Source: a virus (taxonomy: Duplodnaviria > Caudoviricetes). Taken from it: a stretch of 64,000 bases of DNA. The notes beneath the pieces were generated by a model. The model was given only the letters and a program-made list of their open reading frames with translations, made no database searches and had not been told where the DNA came from. A program made the translations under genes and the position numbers. The DNA is taken from the IMG/VR virus record IMGVR_UViG_3300020718_000009, positions 1 through 64,000 of that record, one strand, 5' to 3'. Position 1 is the stretch's first letter. Each line of letters opens with the position of its first letter. Positions 1 to 10,193 of this stretch are shown here, in pieces.

Positions 1-1107
1 TCTGGTGGTAATATATCTGGTACAGGTAATATCACTGGTGGCAACTTATTAACAGGTGGACTTATAAGTGCCACTGGTAACGTTACCGGTGGTAATATAT
101 TAACGGCTGGTTTAATTTCAGCAACAAGTACTATAACAAGTGCCGCTAATATTACAGGTGGTAACATAACCACTGTGGGTCTTGTAACAGCCACTGGTAA
201 CGTCACTGGTGGTAATATCTTAACAGCCAATAATATTTCAGCTGGTGGTAATATTACTGTCAGTACGGGCACAGGTGGTAATATTTCTGGTGCCAACGTA
301 ATTAGTGCCAACACTTTTACAGCTTCTGCCAACATAACAGCAGCCGCATATTATGGTCCATTGGCCAATACAACAAGTAACGTCTATATAAATGCCGCCG
401 CAGGTAATATAGCAATGACAGTAGGCGGTGTTGCCAACGTGGCTGTGTTTTCCAACACCGCTGCATTCCTTACTTTAAGTACAGGTAACACCACTGTAGC
501 ACCACTGGTACTAGCCAACTCCGCTACAAGATTAACTACACAAACCATTGGAGCAATAGAATTTGCCAACAGTTCATTGTTCTTTACACCATTTGCCGCT
601 AACCGTGCTGTGGTTTCAACACCATTCTTTTACAGAACCGGTGCCACAGCCAACACCACCAACGTGAACACAGGTCAGTCGTGGTTGGGTGTAGGCGTAC
701 AGTTAAATGCCAACACAACTTACAACTTTACCGGGCTGTTTAACATAACAACCTCCAACGTCAACAGTCACGTTGAGCAAATTGGATTTGGTGGTACTGC
801 TACTTTGGCCAACATTTATTATACAGCTACTCGTCTTCCATCCACAGTGGCCAACGGCGCCAACGTGTTTACACAGTATTTTAGTGCCAACACCCTGGCC
901 AATATGACACCGGCAATTACTACCGCACAAAACTCAATTTATCAGCTGAGTGGAACAGTATCAACCAACGCTGCTGGTAGCTTTACCCCGCAATGGGCCA
1001 CCAACGTGGCTATCAGCACCACTGGACAGTTCTTGGCAGGCGCAACATTCCGTATTGAACCAATCTCTCAGGGCAATACCACTGTCAGCGTTGGTGTCTG
1101 GGCTTAA
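1..1107 (+). CDS. Tail fibre-like protein, 5'-truncated by window edge, with GN(I/V)TGGN repeats
   Basis: Frame 1 is open from base 1 (SGGNISGTGNITGGNLL...); repeated GNxTGGN units then a beta-rich C-terminal domain. Confidence 0.7.
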   Translation, partial: SGGNISGTGNITGGNLLTGGLISATGNVTGGNILTAGLISATSTITSAANITGGNITTVGLVTATGNVTGGNILTANNISAGGNITVSTGTGGNISGANVISANTFTASANITAAAYYGPLANTTSNVYINAAAGNIAMTVGGVANVAVFSNTAAFLTLSTGNTTVAPLVLANSATRLTTQTIGAIEFANSSLFFTPFAANRAVVSTPFFYRTGATANTTNVNTGQSWLGVGVQLNANTTYNFTGLFNITTSNVNSHVEQIGFGGTATLANIYYTATRLPSTVANGANVFTQYFSANTLANMTPAITTAQNSIYQLSGTVSTNAAGSFTPQWATNVAISTTGQFLAGATFRIEPISQGNTTVSVGVWA

Positions 1108-1108
1108 T

Positions 1109-2029
1109 ATGGGGGTAATATCAATTACAGGTGGGGTAACAATTACAGGCGGTGTCAACACCACTGATCTGGTTGTACCCGCTAATTATATCATTGTTGC
1201 CGGTGGCGGTGGTGGCAATACAACCAGTGATAGAACAACCGGAGGTGGTGGTGGCGGCGGTGTACTTTCTGGCCTAGCATACCTAACCCCCGGAACTGTG
1301 TATTCAGTTGTTGTTGGCGCCGGTGGCACAGCAAATAATAATGGCGCCAACTCAACAGCATTTGGTTTAACAGCTATTGGCGGTGGTGCAGGTGGAAACA
1401 CAGCAGGCGCTGCCAATTCTGGTGGATCAGGTGGTGGAGCATATCATAATGCTGGTAGTACAGCAGGATTGGGAACACCGGGACAAGGATCAAACGGCAG
1501 TGGTGGTGGGTATGATAGTGGAAACGTTCAGTTAATATTTGGTGCTGCTGGCGGGGGTGGCGCCGGTGGTGTTGGTGGAGCCGCATCTAGTTCACTTACA
1601 GGATCTGCCGGCGCCGGAGGTGTTGGATATGTAAATCCAATTATAGGATCTACTTCAGGGCAAAACGTAAGTGGTGTTTATTATTTTTCTGGTGGTGGTG
1701 GTGGTGGAGCACAATATGGTAATCTCGCCACTAGTTATACTGCTGGCGCAGGTGGGTTAGGCGGCGGTGGCGCTGGGGGAGCAGGAAATGTCAACGCTGC
1801 TACAGGAGTTAACGGCACTGCCGGAACTGTAAATACCGGTGGAGGTGGTGGCGGGGCTGGGGCAGGTGTTGCTCAGGCAACTGGTGGTGCTGGCGGCTCT
1901 GGAATAATAATTTTTTCCGTGCCAACTGCCAAATTTTCAAATGTGTTTGCCAATGCTACTGTTACAACTAGCGGAGCAAATACCATAATTACATTTACAA
2001 CCGTTGGAAGTGGTTCATACACAGCGTAG
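1109..2029 (+). CDS. Glycine-rich virion/fibre-associated protein
   Basis: IVAGGGGG...GGGGGGG glycine-rich pattern; likely start ATG 1109 just after the previous stop. Confidence 0.65.
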   Translation: MGVISITGGVTITGGVNTTDLVVPANYIIVAGGGGGNTTSDRTTGGGGGGGVLSGLAYLTPGTVYSVVVGAGGTANNNGANSTAFGLTAIGGGAGGNTAGAANSGGSGGGAYHNAGSTAGLGTPGQGSNGSGGGYDSGNVQLIFGAAGGGGAGGVGGAASSSLTGSAGAGGVGYVNPIIGSTSGQNVSGVYYFSGGGGGGAQYGNLATSYTAGAGGLGGGGAGGAGNVNAATGVNGTAGTVNTGGGGGGAGAGVAQATGGAGGSGIIIFSVPTAKFSNVFANATVTTSGANTIITFTTVGSGSYTA

Positions 2030-2031
2030 CA

Positions 2032-2475
2032 CTAATTCAATTTGTTATTAAATAATTGCTCTTGAATAGTTGAAATTTTACTTTGTACCGCTTCAAAGTT
2101 TATAGTTGACCAAAGCCCAGGGTGCAGTGGGCGAGGCCATGTTCCCGAAGTAATCCAAGCATAACCTGAGTGTTCTTCATTTAATCGAGGGGTAAACTCT
2201 GACTCTACCACAGCAAAAAAAGTATTATATTCAAATACGCCGTCTGCCGATGTAAATTTTTCCAATGGAATTAATTTAATATACTCAGGCATAAATCCCA
2301 GCTCTTCTTGACATTCTCTAGTCATAGTGTCTAGTAATGATTCACCCAGTTCAGACTTTCCACCAGGCAAACTCCATGAATCTGGGTGTTTAACATCATT
2401 CCTCATCAAATACAAATAGCGATTAGTAGACTGAGAATAAAACCAAACGCCCACAGCTGAAATTATATTTGTCAT
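2032..2475 (-). CDS. NUDIX hydrolase
   Basis: Nudix box GGKSELGESLLDTMTRECQEELG. Confidence 0.9.
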   Translation of the reverse strand: MTNIISAVGVWFYSQSTNRYLYLMRNDVKHPDSWSLPGGKSELGESLLDTMTRECQEELGFMPEYIKLIPLEKFTSADGVFEYNTFFAVVESEFTPRLNEEHSGYAWITSGTWPRPLHPGLWSTINFEAVQSKISTIQEQLFNNKLN

Positions 2476-2509
2476 AGTGTGATATTTACTACAAAAAGAT
2501 TACTGCGTG

Positions 2510-3913
2510 TTATATTATAAGCGACCAGAACCCGCCTCTGTATAGACCCTGGTATGATTTGACCCAAGCCTCACCACTCCACTTGTACTGGATTTCTGTA
2601 GTTATGTTAGTCACGTATTGAGTATTGATGGGACTACTCATCGAATCAAAAGCAACTACCCAAGCATCGCCAGTGTACTCAACAATGTCATTGGCGTGAG
2701 CAATCAATATTTGACCACTGGCTCCTGCCCATGCTTGAGCATAGCCATTATCACTGCCAGTTGCTTCTGTCAACAAATAACGCTGACCGGTAGCTGCCGG
2801 AGCTAACCCCAACCCCGGACCACTGGCCAGTGGATTAATAACTGAGTTTACCGGGGATAATGTGTTTGAAGGTACTGATTCTTCCATTACTGTATACAGT
2901 AAAAATTGGTCATTAGTTGGGTCAAACGCCACCGTTCCATACACCTTACTACCATCTTCTTGGGTTAGTGCTATTAAACTTATACCTGGGCGCAATACTC
3001 CGTACATATTAATTACAGGAGTCCAATTTACATTACTGGGTTCAACAGGATCTGGTGGAGCTAGTTGATAATTTTGTTCATCTACTATAGCTGATTGTGC
3101 TAATATCTGTAATTTATTGCCAATAAGCACAACTTGATAGCCGTATGGCGTGATATATTGACGTGTGCCCAATAGTAAGTCACTGTCGGCAATGGCATTA
3201 ACCAAATCTCCGCGGGCGTCGTAAATTGATGCAACGATAGTTTCTACAACTCCCAATTTTTTAACTTTAGCAGGCAATGATAGCCAGATGGGAAGCACAA
3301 ATTTTAGTGTGGCAACATCAATGGGATCACCTGTGCCCACAGGAATCGTTTTACTGCTCCATCCAGTTGATGCCAATTCAACAATACTTAAACTGGTCCA
3401 ATCTAAAAAATTATCTGTGCTTTGTATTTCTAAACTGGGATTGAATAAAGGCAATATTTGCTCTAAAATCTGCATTTTTTGATTGGTATTTGAAGTCCAA
3501 ATGTCTAAACTAATGGACAACTTGTATGGCGCTGGCATATAGCGTTCAACTGTGAAAGCATTGCCTTGCGTAGTTTCATATGTGCCTGTAGCTGGATCAT
3601 ATTCGCGTTGGCGGATAGATTTGTTGTCAACATAAGTAGGATTTTGCATACGAGGCCGGTCAAAATCCAAGCCAGTAATATAAAATGTCATTAATGGAGT
3701 TGACGGCATATTACTAGCTGAATTTTCTTGTAATATAGTTTGTGCTTGCCGACTACTGTCACCATATCTAACAGGCACACGATAAAGTGTGTCGCCCGTG
3801 TTGGCTGCTCCGGCTTCGTTGCGCCCAAATTCAACAGAAAAACCACTGAACATTCTAGCAAATTGTATTAAGAAACGACGTATCTGTTCATCGTAGAAGA
3901 ATTGCTGTGCCAT
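2510..3913 (-). CDS. gp15: Tail sheath stabiliser/terminator, T4 gp15-like
   Basis: FFYDEQIRRFLIQF N-terminus, VPVRYG, PAPY..LDIWT, QILEQILPLFNP; context downstream of gp14. Confidence 0.75.
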   Translation of the reverse strand: MAQQFFYDEQIRRFLIQFARMFSGFSVEFGRNEAGAANTGDTLYRVPVRYGDSSRQAQTILQENSASNMPSTPLMTFYITGLDFDRPRMQNPTYVDNKSIRQREYDPATGTYETTQGNAFTVERYMPAPYKLSISLDIWTSNTNQKMQILEQILPLFNPSLEIQSTDNFLDWTSLSIVELASTGWSSKTIPVGTGDPIDVATLKFVLPIWLSLPAKVKKLGVVETIVASIYDARGDLVNAIADSDLLLGTRQYITPYGYQVVLIGNKLQILAQSAIVDEQNYQLAPPDPVEPSNVNWTPVINMYGVLRPGISLIALTQEDGSKVYGTVAFDPTNDQFLLYTVMEESVPSNTLSPVNSVINPLASGPGLGLAPAATGQRYLLTEATGSDNGYAQAWAGASGQILIAHANDIVEYTGDAWVVAFDSMSSPINTQYVTNITTEIQYKWSGEAWVKSYQGLYRGGFWSLII

Positions 3914-4632
3914 TATTTTTTCCTTTTACATTTATCGCCGTGATACCTGTAATAATTATTGCTTGCCATTTCGAGTTTACAATGAGGACATTCTAGTCTT
4001 TCCATTTGTTTTTTCCTCGGCAAAATTCGTTTTTTGTTAGTAAGTGTAATACAATTATCTCCATGATACCGGGCGTAGTTGCTTTTACCAAATCCTGATA
4101 CATTGCAATGAACACAAGTCCATAATTGTTTTGCCGGATGCGTTCCATCATCTAACATACGCTTATTGACTTTTCTTTGAATTGTACCACCTAAAAAATT
4201 ATGTGTTCCATTTTTTACAGCATCAGTTGCGTGACTTGTTCCATCAGCTCGACGTAACAAATGATGAGTGCCTGCTCGAACACGGTCTAGCGATACACTA
4301 CTACCGTTATTTTGTTTTTTAAATCTATTATTTTTTGCTGCCACTCCGCCTCCAGTTTCAGGTATACGATTAGCATAAATTTTATTACCAAAATCATCAG
4401 AAGCATTTACCACATTTAATAATGTGCTGTAGTATCTTCCTAACTGCGACATAATTTTTCGATCAGTGCCACTATATAAAATTTCAGTTTCTACATTATA
4501 ACCGTGTTGCGATAAATGTGGAACCCAATCTTTTCCTGAACCAGAATAACGATACGGATCGTAAGATGTTTGTCCTAAATATTTTAGGCCGGTTATTTTG
4601 TGAGTTTTAATATACAGCGTATAAGTTTTCAT
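3913..4632 (-). mobile_element. Free-standing GIY-YIG-like homing endonuclease with two C-terminal CxHC...NYxRYHGDxC repeats
   Basis: LYIKTHKITGLKYLGQT...YSGSG motif; 1-nt overlaps with gp14 stop and gp15 start. Confidence 0.75.
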
Positions 4633-5984
4633 TATCGTCCTAATGGTGGTGGGTTGGGCGGCAAGTTGCCACCATCGTTGCCATTGTCAGCCTGAGGTTT
4701 AAGCAACTCAGATAAACTTTGACGACTTGGAATATTACCTTGATCCGATGTTGGAACAGTATATGGATTATTTACAAACGAGCTACGCTGTGTTTCATTT
4801 GTCAAGCCCCAATCTAATGGAGTACGGACATCGTCGGAAATGGCGGCCCAAAATTTACCATTATAACGGAACAATCTGTTGGGAAAATAATCCAAGCGCA
4901 AACAGTAATCCCCCGATGCAGGGTGATGCGGGAACGAAACTCCCGGAGTAACTGGCAAACCATTCGGAGCCATCTTATCACCAGTGAGATAACCCATAGT
5001 ATAACCAAAAGATGTTGGGGTATTACCTTGGTCTTGTTGCGTACCATCAACTGTAACATTGGGATTGGCAGTGTCTATTCCAATACTGTTTGGGAAACCT
5101 TCCGGCGTTGTTGGTAATATATAAAATGAAACATTGTCATAACCACTTAGTGGAACATCAGCATTGGCTTGTACTACTAGAGCATCATTAATTGCCAGAT
5201 CTTTATTTCTTGTAGAGTTAGCATCAGCAAGTGTAGTTGGTTTGTCAATCAATGCCCAGTAATTGGGGTCAGTGATAGGTGTCCCGGGCGGCACATTTTT
5301 TGTTGCTTCGTAATATTTTCCGCCGTCATTAACTATATCACCAGCAGGATAAAAGTTTCCATTGTCCCAAATATTATCGGGCATAAATGGCTGATCTAAA
5401 ATTTGTTGGTATTCTTGGGCGTTAACCATTGGGGTGGCTTTGACACGCCAAGTGTGTGGTAACCAAGTTTGAGAGAACCCTTCGGCGGCATAGCTGGCAT
5501 CTTGAATCACATAATACTTTGGCAGTGCTCTTGTAATATTAGCATTAAGCGGATAGTAATCTTTTAAATTGGGCAACTCCAATACGTCGCCCGACATTAA
5601 CTTACGCCCAAAGGTGTCAATCATTTTATTATAATGAAATTGAATAAACAATGTATCGTTATTTAAAAATAACCCAAACTGCGTTAAGTCAAAATCAATA
5701 TCTTGATGAGTATAAACCCCACGCATGATATAAACATTGGGATCATAAGCGCGGTCACGATTTTCAAGCAATAGCAAATCTTCAATAAACAAAGGATTTT
5801 GTGATGAATAAACCGGAAGTGTGGCATCTTTATTTCCAGGATTATCTGTGGTGTCTACAATAGGTCCCAAATATTTGTGGACGTAAATGTCAACTCCGCC
5901 CACAGTAAATCTCTCCTCGATAGTTCGATCTAGGAACTGATAATCATTCGTGCGGTTTGGGCGCCAAAGGCTAAGTTTAGGCAT
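4632..5984 (-). CDS. gp14: Neck/head completion protein, T4 gp14-like, with inserted CBM5/12-like module
   Basis: DLLLLENRDR, FDLTQFGLFL, GDVLELP motifs; position next to gp13 and gp15. Confidence 0.7.
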   Translation of the reverse strand: MPKLSLWRPNRTNDYQFLDRTIEERFTVGGVDIYVHKYLGPIVDTTDNPGNKDATLPVYSSQNPLFIEDLLLLENRDRAYDPNVYIMRGVYTHQDIDFDLTQFGLFLNNDTLFIQFHYNKMIDTFGRKLMSGDVLELPNLKDYYPLNANITRALPKYYVIQDASYAAEGFSQTWLPHTWRVKATPMVNAQEYQQILDQPFMPDNIWDNGNFYPAGDIVNDGGKYYEATKNVPPGTPITDPNYWALIDKPTTLADANSTRNKDLAINDALVVQANADVPLSGYDNVSFYILPTTPEGFPNSIGIDTANPNVTVDGTQQDQGNTPTSFGYTMGYLTGDKMAPNGLPVTPGVSFPHHPASGDYCLRLDYFPNRLFRYNGKFWAAISDDVRTPLDWGLTNETQRSSFVNNPYTVPTSDQGNIPSRQSLSELLKPQADNGNDGGNLPPNPPPLGR

Positions 5985-6009
5985 AGTAATGTATTTAGCT
6001 GGTTATAGG

Positions 6010-6038
6010 TTGACTGTTTATTCCAAAAGCTATATAAT
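6010..6038 (+). promoter_or_regulatory. Sigma70-type early promoter, back-to-back with minus-strand late promoter TAAATA at 5992-5997
   Basis: TTGACT-17-TATAAT. Confidence 0.8.
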
Positions 6039-6045
6039 AGTTGTT

Positions 6046-6297
6046 ATGGATACTATATTAGACCGTATAAATCAAGCAGAAAAATCAATATCTACCGTAA
6101 AAAGTAAGGTAGCTTATAAAGATCTGCGCAAAATGCTGGCTGGGGTTGATAAGGTAGTAACACAATTAAGCCAAGAAAGTGTAGAGTGTCGTAGACTTAA
6201 ACGCGACACTTCAAAATATCAAGATTTACTCACAGAAGCTACTCAACTTTTGGATAATTTAGAACAACACATTACTTTCGCATCATTAATAGGTTGA
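6046..6297 (+). CDS. Hypothetical protein, probably leaderless
   Basis: ATG 7 nt after the -10 box; helical sequence. Confidence 0.7.
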   Translation: MDTILDRINQAEKSISTVKSKVAYKDLRKMLAGVDKVVTQLSQESVECRRLKRDTSKYQDLLTEATQLLDNLEQHITFASLIG

Positions 6298-6331
6298 CAT
6301 TTTACTAACTTGAATATAAACTAATAAAACT

Positions 6332-7477
6332 ATGGCAAAAAACGAAATTGTAATTAAAAGATTAAATCCCAAACACATCGAACAAAAGTACACAGGTGAC
6401 GAACCTGAGTGGAAATTTCAACCTGAAGAGTCTAATCGTATTAGCGCATTTGCTAAAGGATTTGCTTGGTATAATCGATACTATAACAAAAAAGATGCCA
6501 AGGAAATGATTGCTCAATACTTACATCTTAACCATCGCGAACGAGATGCTAAAACTATTCGTGGCATTCCAGATAGTCAAATTCGTGTAACACCGGCGTG
6601 GGTATGTCGTATGACCACAATGGGATTAGTACTTAACGAACATGAGCAATGTATTATCGACGAGCAAATTGCCGAAATGCTTAAAAGTAAACAAGAAGTT
6701 AAAAAAGCCGCCGCAACAGATGGGGAAGTTGAAGAACAACGATTAACAATTCAAGACCATTTGCGTGAAAAAGCATCAGAGTGTGCTGGCGAGCTTGAAG
6801 GAATGTTTGACGATTTTATTGTGGCAGGAGCGAAAATGTCGGCTGATTTTAAACCCGTGGCATTAATTCGTGGCATGAACATCTCCCCGCAAATGATTCC
6901 CAACATTACATCAGTTTGGAATCTACGCTTACAAGAATTTAACACAGTACTAGATGGTGACGACGAACAACTAGTAGAAGGTTACAGTCACTTGTCCAAA
7001 TTACAACTTAAAAATTGTGTAAAATTCTGTGAAACGGTTATAAATGATTGTGCTTCCTACATTCAAATTAAGAAAGTAGAGAAAAAACCACGCACTAAAA
7101 AGGCAGTAAGTCCAGAACGTGTAGCCAACAAATTTAAATATCTCAAAGAATTTGCCGAGTTTAATCTTAAATCACAAAGTCCAGCTAGTTTAGTTGGAGC
7201 AAGTGAAGCGTTTTTATACGATTCAGTAAAAAGAAAACTTGTTTATGTTGTTGCAGATACGCACTTAGGTACTTTTACTGTTAAAGGCTCCGCCGTTATT
7301 GCTTTTGATGCGGCACAGACAGTAACTAAAACATTGCGAAAACCAGCCGACCAATTGAAAGAATTATTAAAAGGCGGTAAGCCAGTAATGCGTAAATTCT
7401 TCAAGGATATTAAAGCAACCGAAGCGAAATGGAACGGTCGAGGCAACGAAAATTTAGTAATATTAAAAGCGTGGTAA
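6332..7477 (+). CDS. Conserved T4-like phage hypothetical protein
   Basis: 381-aa ORF with VKG...KTLRKP...NGRxN C-terminus; promoter TTGACA-17-TAAACT at 6294-6322. Confidence 0.7.
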   Translation: MAKNEIVIKRLNPKHIEQKYTGDEPEWKFQPEESNRISAFAKGFAWYNRYYNKKDAKEMIAQYLHLNHRERDAKTIRGIPDSQIRVTPAWVCRMTTMGLVLNEHEQCIIDEQIAEMLKSKQEVKKAAATDGEVEEQRLTIQDHLREKASECAGELEGMFDDFIVAGAKMSADFKPVALIRGMNISPQMIPNITSVWNLRLQEFNTVLDGDDEQLVEGYSHLSKLQLKNCVKFCETVINDCASYIQIKKVEKKPRTKKAVSPERVANKFKYLKEFAEFNLKSQSPASLVGASEAFLYDSVKRKLVYVVADTHLGTFTVKGSAVIAFDAAQTVTKTLRKPADQLKELLKGGKPVMRKFFKDIKATEAKWNGRGNENLVILKAW

Positions 7478-7508
7478 AAATGCTAAATATAAGGACGAGG
7501 GAGTCCTT

Positions 7509-8279
7509 ATGGCACTGGAAACAGAATCCACACTTGAAACATTAAAACAAGATTTAATTGAATACATCAGGCTACAATTAGCAGATCAAATAATTGATAT
7601 TGAGCTAGATGCGGCTCACTATGAAGCAGCTTATCGCAATGCCATAGGTACATATCGCCAGCGGGCAGAAAACGCCTATGAAGAAAGTTATTCTTTCATG
7701 GAGCTAGTGACCAATGTCAATATCTACGATTTGCCACAGGAAGTAATACAAGTTCGTCAAATTTATCGCAGAAGTTTTGGTGATTCAACCGGCCCGTTTG
7801 CCTCAAATTTTGATCCATTTAGTCAAGCTTCATTAAATGTATACCTTATGAATTTCAATGTTTCAGGCGGCCTAGCAACATACGACTTTTATTCACAATA
7901 TGTAAAATTAGCCGGACGTATGTTCGGTGCTTTTATGAACTATACTTGGAATCCAGTTACCAAAAAACTACAACTTATTCGAGATCCCAAAGGCACGGGA
8001 GAAAGTGTTTTACTTTGGACATACAATTTGAAACCAGAAGTTAATTTACTACAAGATTTTCAAATTAAACAATGGATTCGAAATTTTATGTATGCCAATT
8101 GCAAAGTAATTATTGGTGATGCTCGTGAAAAATTTGCCACAATCAATGGTCCGCAAGGTTCAACATCCTTAAATGGTGCCGCAATGAAAGCCGATGGCGA
8201 ACGATTAATGCTACAATGCTACGAAGACCTCAAAAACTATGTAGATGGATCGGCTCCGCTTACTTGGGTAACTGGTTAG
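7509..8279 (+). CDS. gp13: Neck protein, T4 gp13-like
   Basis: L..IIDIELD, R.KF..I.GPQG...LNG motifs; CTAAATA late promoter and GAGG SD upstream. Confidence 0.8.
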   Translation: MALETESTLETLKQDLIEYIRLQLADQIIDIELDAAHYEAAYRNAIGTYRQRAENAYEESYSFMELVTNVNIYDLPQEVIQVRQIYRRSFGDSTGPFASNFDPFSQASLNVYLMNFNVSGGLATYDFYSQYVKLAGRMFGAFMNYTWNPVTKKLQLIRDPKGTGESVLLWTYNLKPEVNLLQDFQIKQWIRNFMYANCKVIIGDAREKFATINGPQGSTSLNGAAMKADGERLMLQCYEDLKNYVDGSAPLTWVTG

Positions 8280-8329
8280 GTAGTCGGATAAGAAATTAAC
8301 CTATGTAGTCGGTTAGCATAAATAATAGT

Positions 8330-9127
8330 ATGAAAAATATACTATCGAATATTATTGATAACGATTTAAGTTATAATAAATCTGCTACAAGATATCTTTA
8401 TAAAACTCATCCTGAGTTATGGACAGACATTATCAATGCCACAGCATTTCTTCCTGTCACTGCAAAGCCTAAGCAACGCATTTGGCATATAGTAAACAAC
8501 ATTTATGAAATACCATTATGTCCTGTCACAAATCAACCGGTTAAATGGCACGAAAATAGATATCTCGAGACATTAAATCCTCGAGCTAGTATGTTATTAC
8601 AACATAAACGCGGAGATTTTGCTCACGGACACAGTCCAGAAATAAATGCTAAACGAAGCAAAACTAACAAAGCAACTGCTAATCGCGGTCGAAAATATAG
8701 GGATCTTAAAACATACACATTGGCTGATAGAGAAAAATCTAAACAAACCTGCTTAGAAAAATACGGTGTAGAAAACGGTAGTCAAACAAAAGCCGCTAAA
8801 GAAAAAATCTACCAACGAGCAGTGGAGCGTGGCTGTACTCGCCGAGAAGAACGATCGCTACGCCGCTTATATTATGATGCTGTATGGCGGATTACCGAGG
8901 AAAACTGGCGTGATCATTTTGATGACATTAACCCCACGAGATTGAACCGAAGCCATAATGCATTGGACCATATTTACAGCATCCAGCAGGGATTTAGAGA
9001 ATCGATACCACCATACATCATAGGGCATTATACCAATCTCCGCGTGATTGGACTAAGTGAAAATGGTATAAAAGGCATGCGATGCGACAAGTCTAGAGAC
9101 CAATTATTTGGCGATTTCTTTGGATAA
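8330..9127 (+). mobile_element. Free-standing HNH homing endonuclease
   Basis: TCLEKYGVEN repeat; LDHIYS...NLRVI...EN..KG HNH core; own late promoter TAAATA at 8319-8324. Confidence 0.75.
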
Positions 9128-9192
9128 AAATCTGTTGTAATTAAATCGTAATCATGCTATAATAGTAGTATTATGAATAACATGAAAATTAT

Positions 9193-9720
9193 ATGTCCAG
9201 TCACCTAATGCTGGATATTGAAGGACTGGCCACAACGCCAGATGCTGTAATTTTGACTATTGCCGCCCAATCTTTTAATCCTTTTGGAACGGGTTATTAC
9301 GATGACAGATTCTTTTATACTCGTGTTACATTAGAAAGTCAAGAAGACCGAGCGATAAATGATGAAACTGTAGCATGGTGGGCCACACAGGGCAAAGCGC
9401 AGGAAGAAGCATTTAACGAAGAAGGACGCATATCGTTAGATGATGCGCTGACTGGTTTACATAAGATAGCATGGCAACACGATTATATTTGGGCCAACGG
9501 ACCATGTTACGATATTAATATTTTAGAACACGCTTATCGTTCTAGAAATAAAAAACAACCATGGCAATTTTATCGAATTCGAGACGCCAGAACAGTATAT
9601 TCCCTACATCCAAACTTGCCTAGACCCCCAACTAGCCACCATGCTCTTGAGGATTGCAAACGACAAATAGACATGTTACAAGCGGCATTTCGGCAATTAA
9701 ATATTAAAGATATTAAATGA
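9193..9720 (+). CDS. DEDDh 3'-5' exo(ribo)nuclease, Rv2179c-like
   Basis: MLDIEGL, WANG..YD, RDART, HHALEDC motifs. Confidence 0.85.
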   Translation: MSSHLMLDIEGLATTPDAVILTIAAQSFNPFGTGYYDDRFFYTRVTLESQEDRAINDETVAWWATQGKAQEEAFNEEGRISLDDALTGLHKIAWQHDYIWANGPCYDINILEHAYRSRNKKQPWQFYRIRDARTVYSLHPNLPRPPTSHHALEDCKRQIDMLQAAFRQLNIKDIK

Positions 9721-10193
9721 CTTCAGTAGAAATTGTAGATGCGCTAATTGATCCCACAGAAGCTGGGGCATTAATACAACAGTCATTTGACTATAAACCC
9801 GCTGGGCGAATGCCCGATCTTGTTAGCAAACAAGTAGAACAACGCATTGAAATTGAAAAAATAGTTTATCTCATTGGCCTAGTTGAACCACCACGATATT
9901 ATATACTCGCTCGAGATCAAAATAAATTAGTGGGATTTGGAATTGTTAGTGAATCAAATTTACAACATTTTTATGACTTAACTTGGGTATGCGTGGATAA
10001 AAATTATAGAGGTCAAGGCTTGGGAAAACGTATAACAAGCAAGGCTGTAGATTTTGCCGCTGCCAAAGATAGAAATATTATAATAACAACTGATGCTCCT
10101 AAATTTTATACCGATTTAGGATTTACAACCAGTTCAGAATTTAGAACTGGTTGGTACTTAATGTTGTCGCCCACTTTAAAGGAAAAATTATGA
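9717..10193 (+). CDS. GNAT acetyltransferase
   Basis: VCVDKNYRGQGLG acetyl-CoA motif A; FY..LGF. Confidence 0.85.
   Translation: MTSVEIVDALIDPTEAGALIQQSFDYKPAGRMPDLVSKQVEQRIEIEKIVYLIGLVEPPRYYILARDQNKLVGFGIVSESNLQHFYDLTWVCVDKNYRGQGLGKRITSKAVDFAAAKDRNIIITTDAPKFYTDLGFTTSSEFRTGWYLMLSPTLKEKL

Noticed and set aside
360-1107. Possible DGR target because of AAC-rich tail-fibre end
   Set aside because: No reverse transcriptase and no near-identical template repeat in the window; Asn-rich composition suffices
950-1108. ORF-track N-terminal extension of the glycine-rich gene (similar extensions at 5950, 10151, 17350, 37231, 38115, 40070, 49495, 60280, 60503)
   Set aside because: They overlap upstream genes or promoters; downstream ATGs fit promoter, SD or coupling signals better
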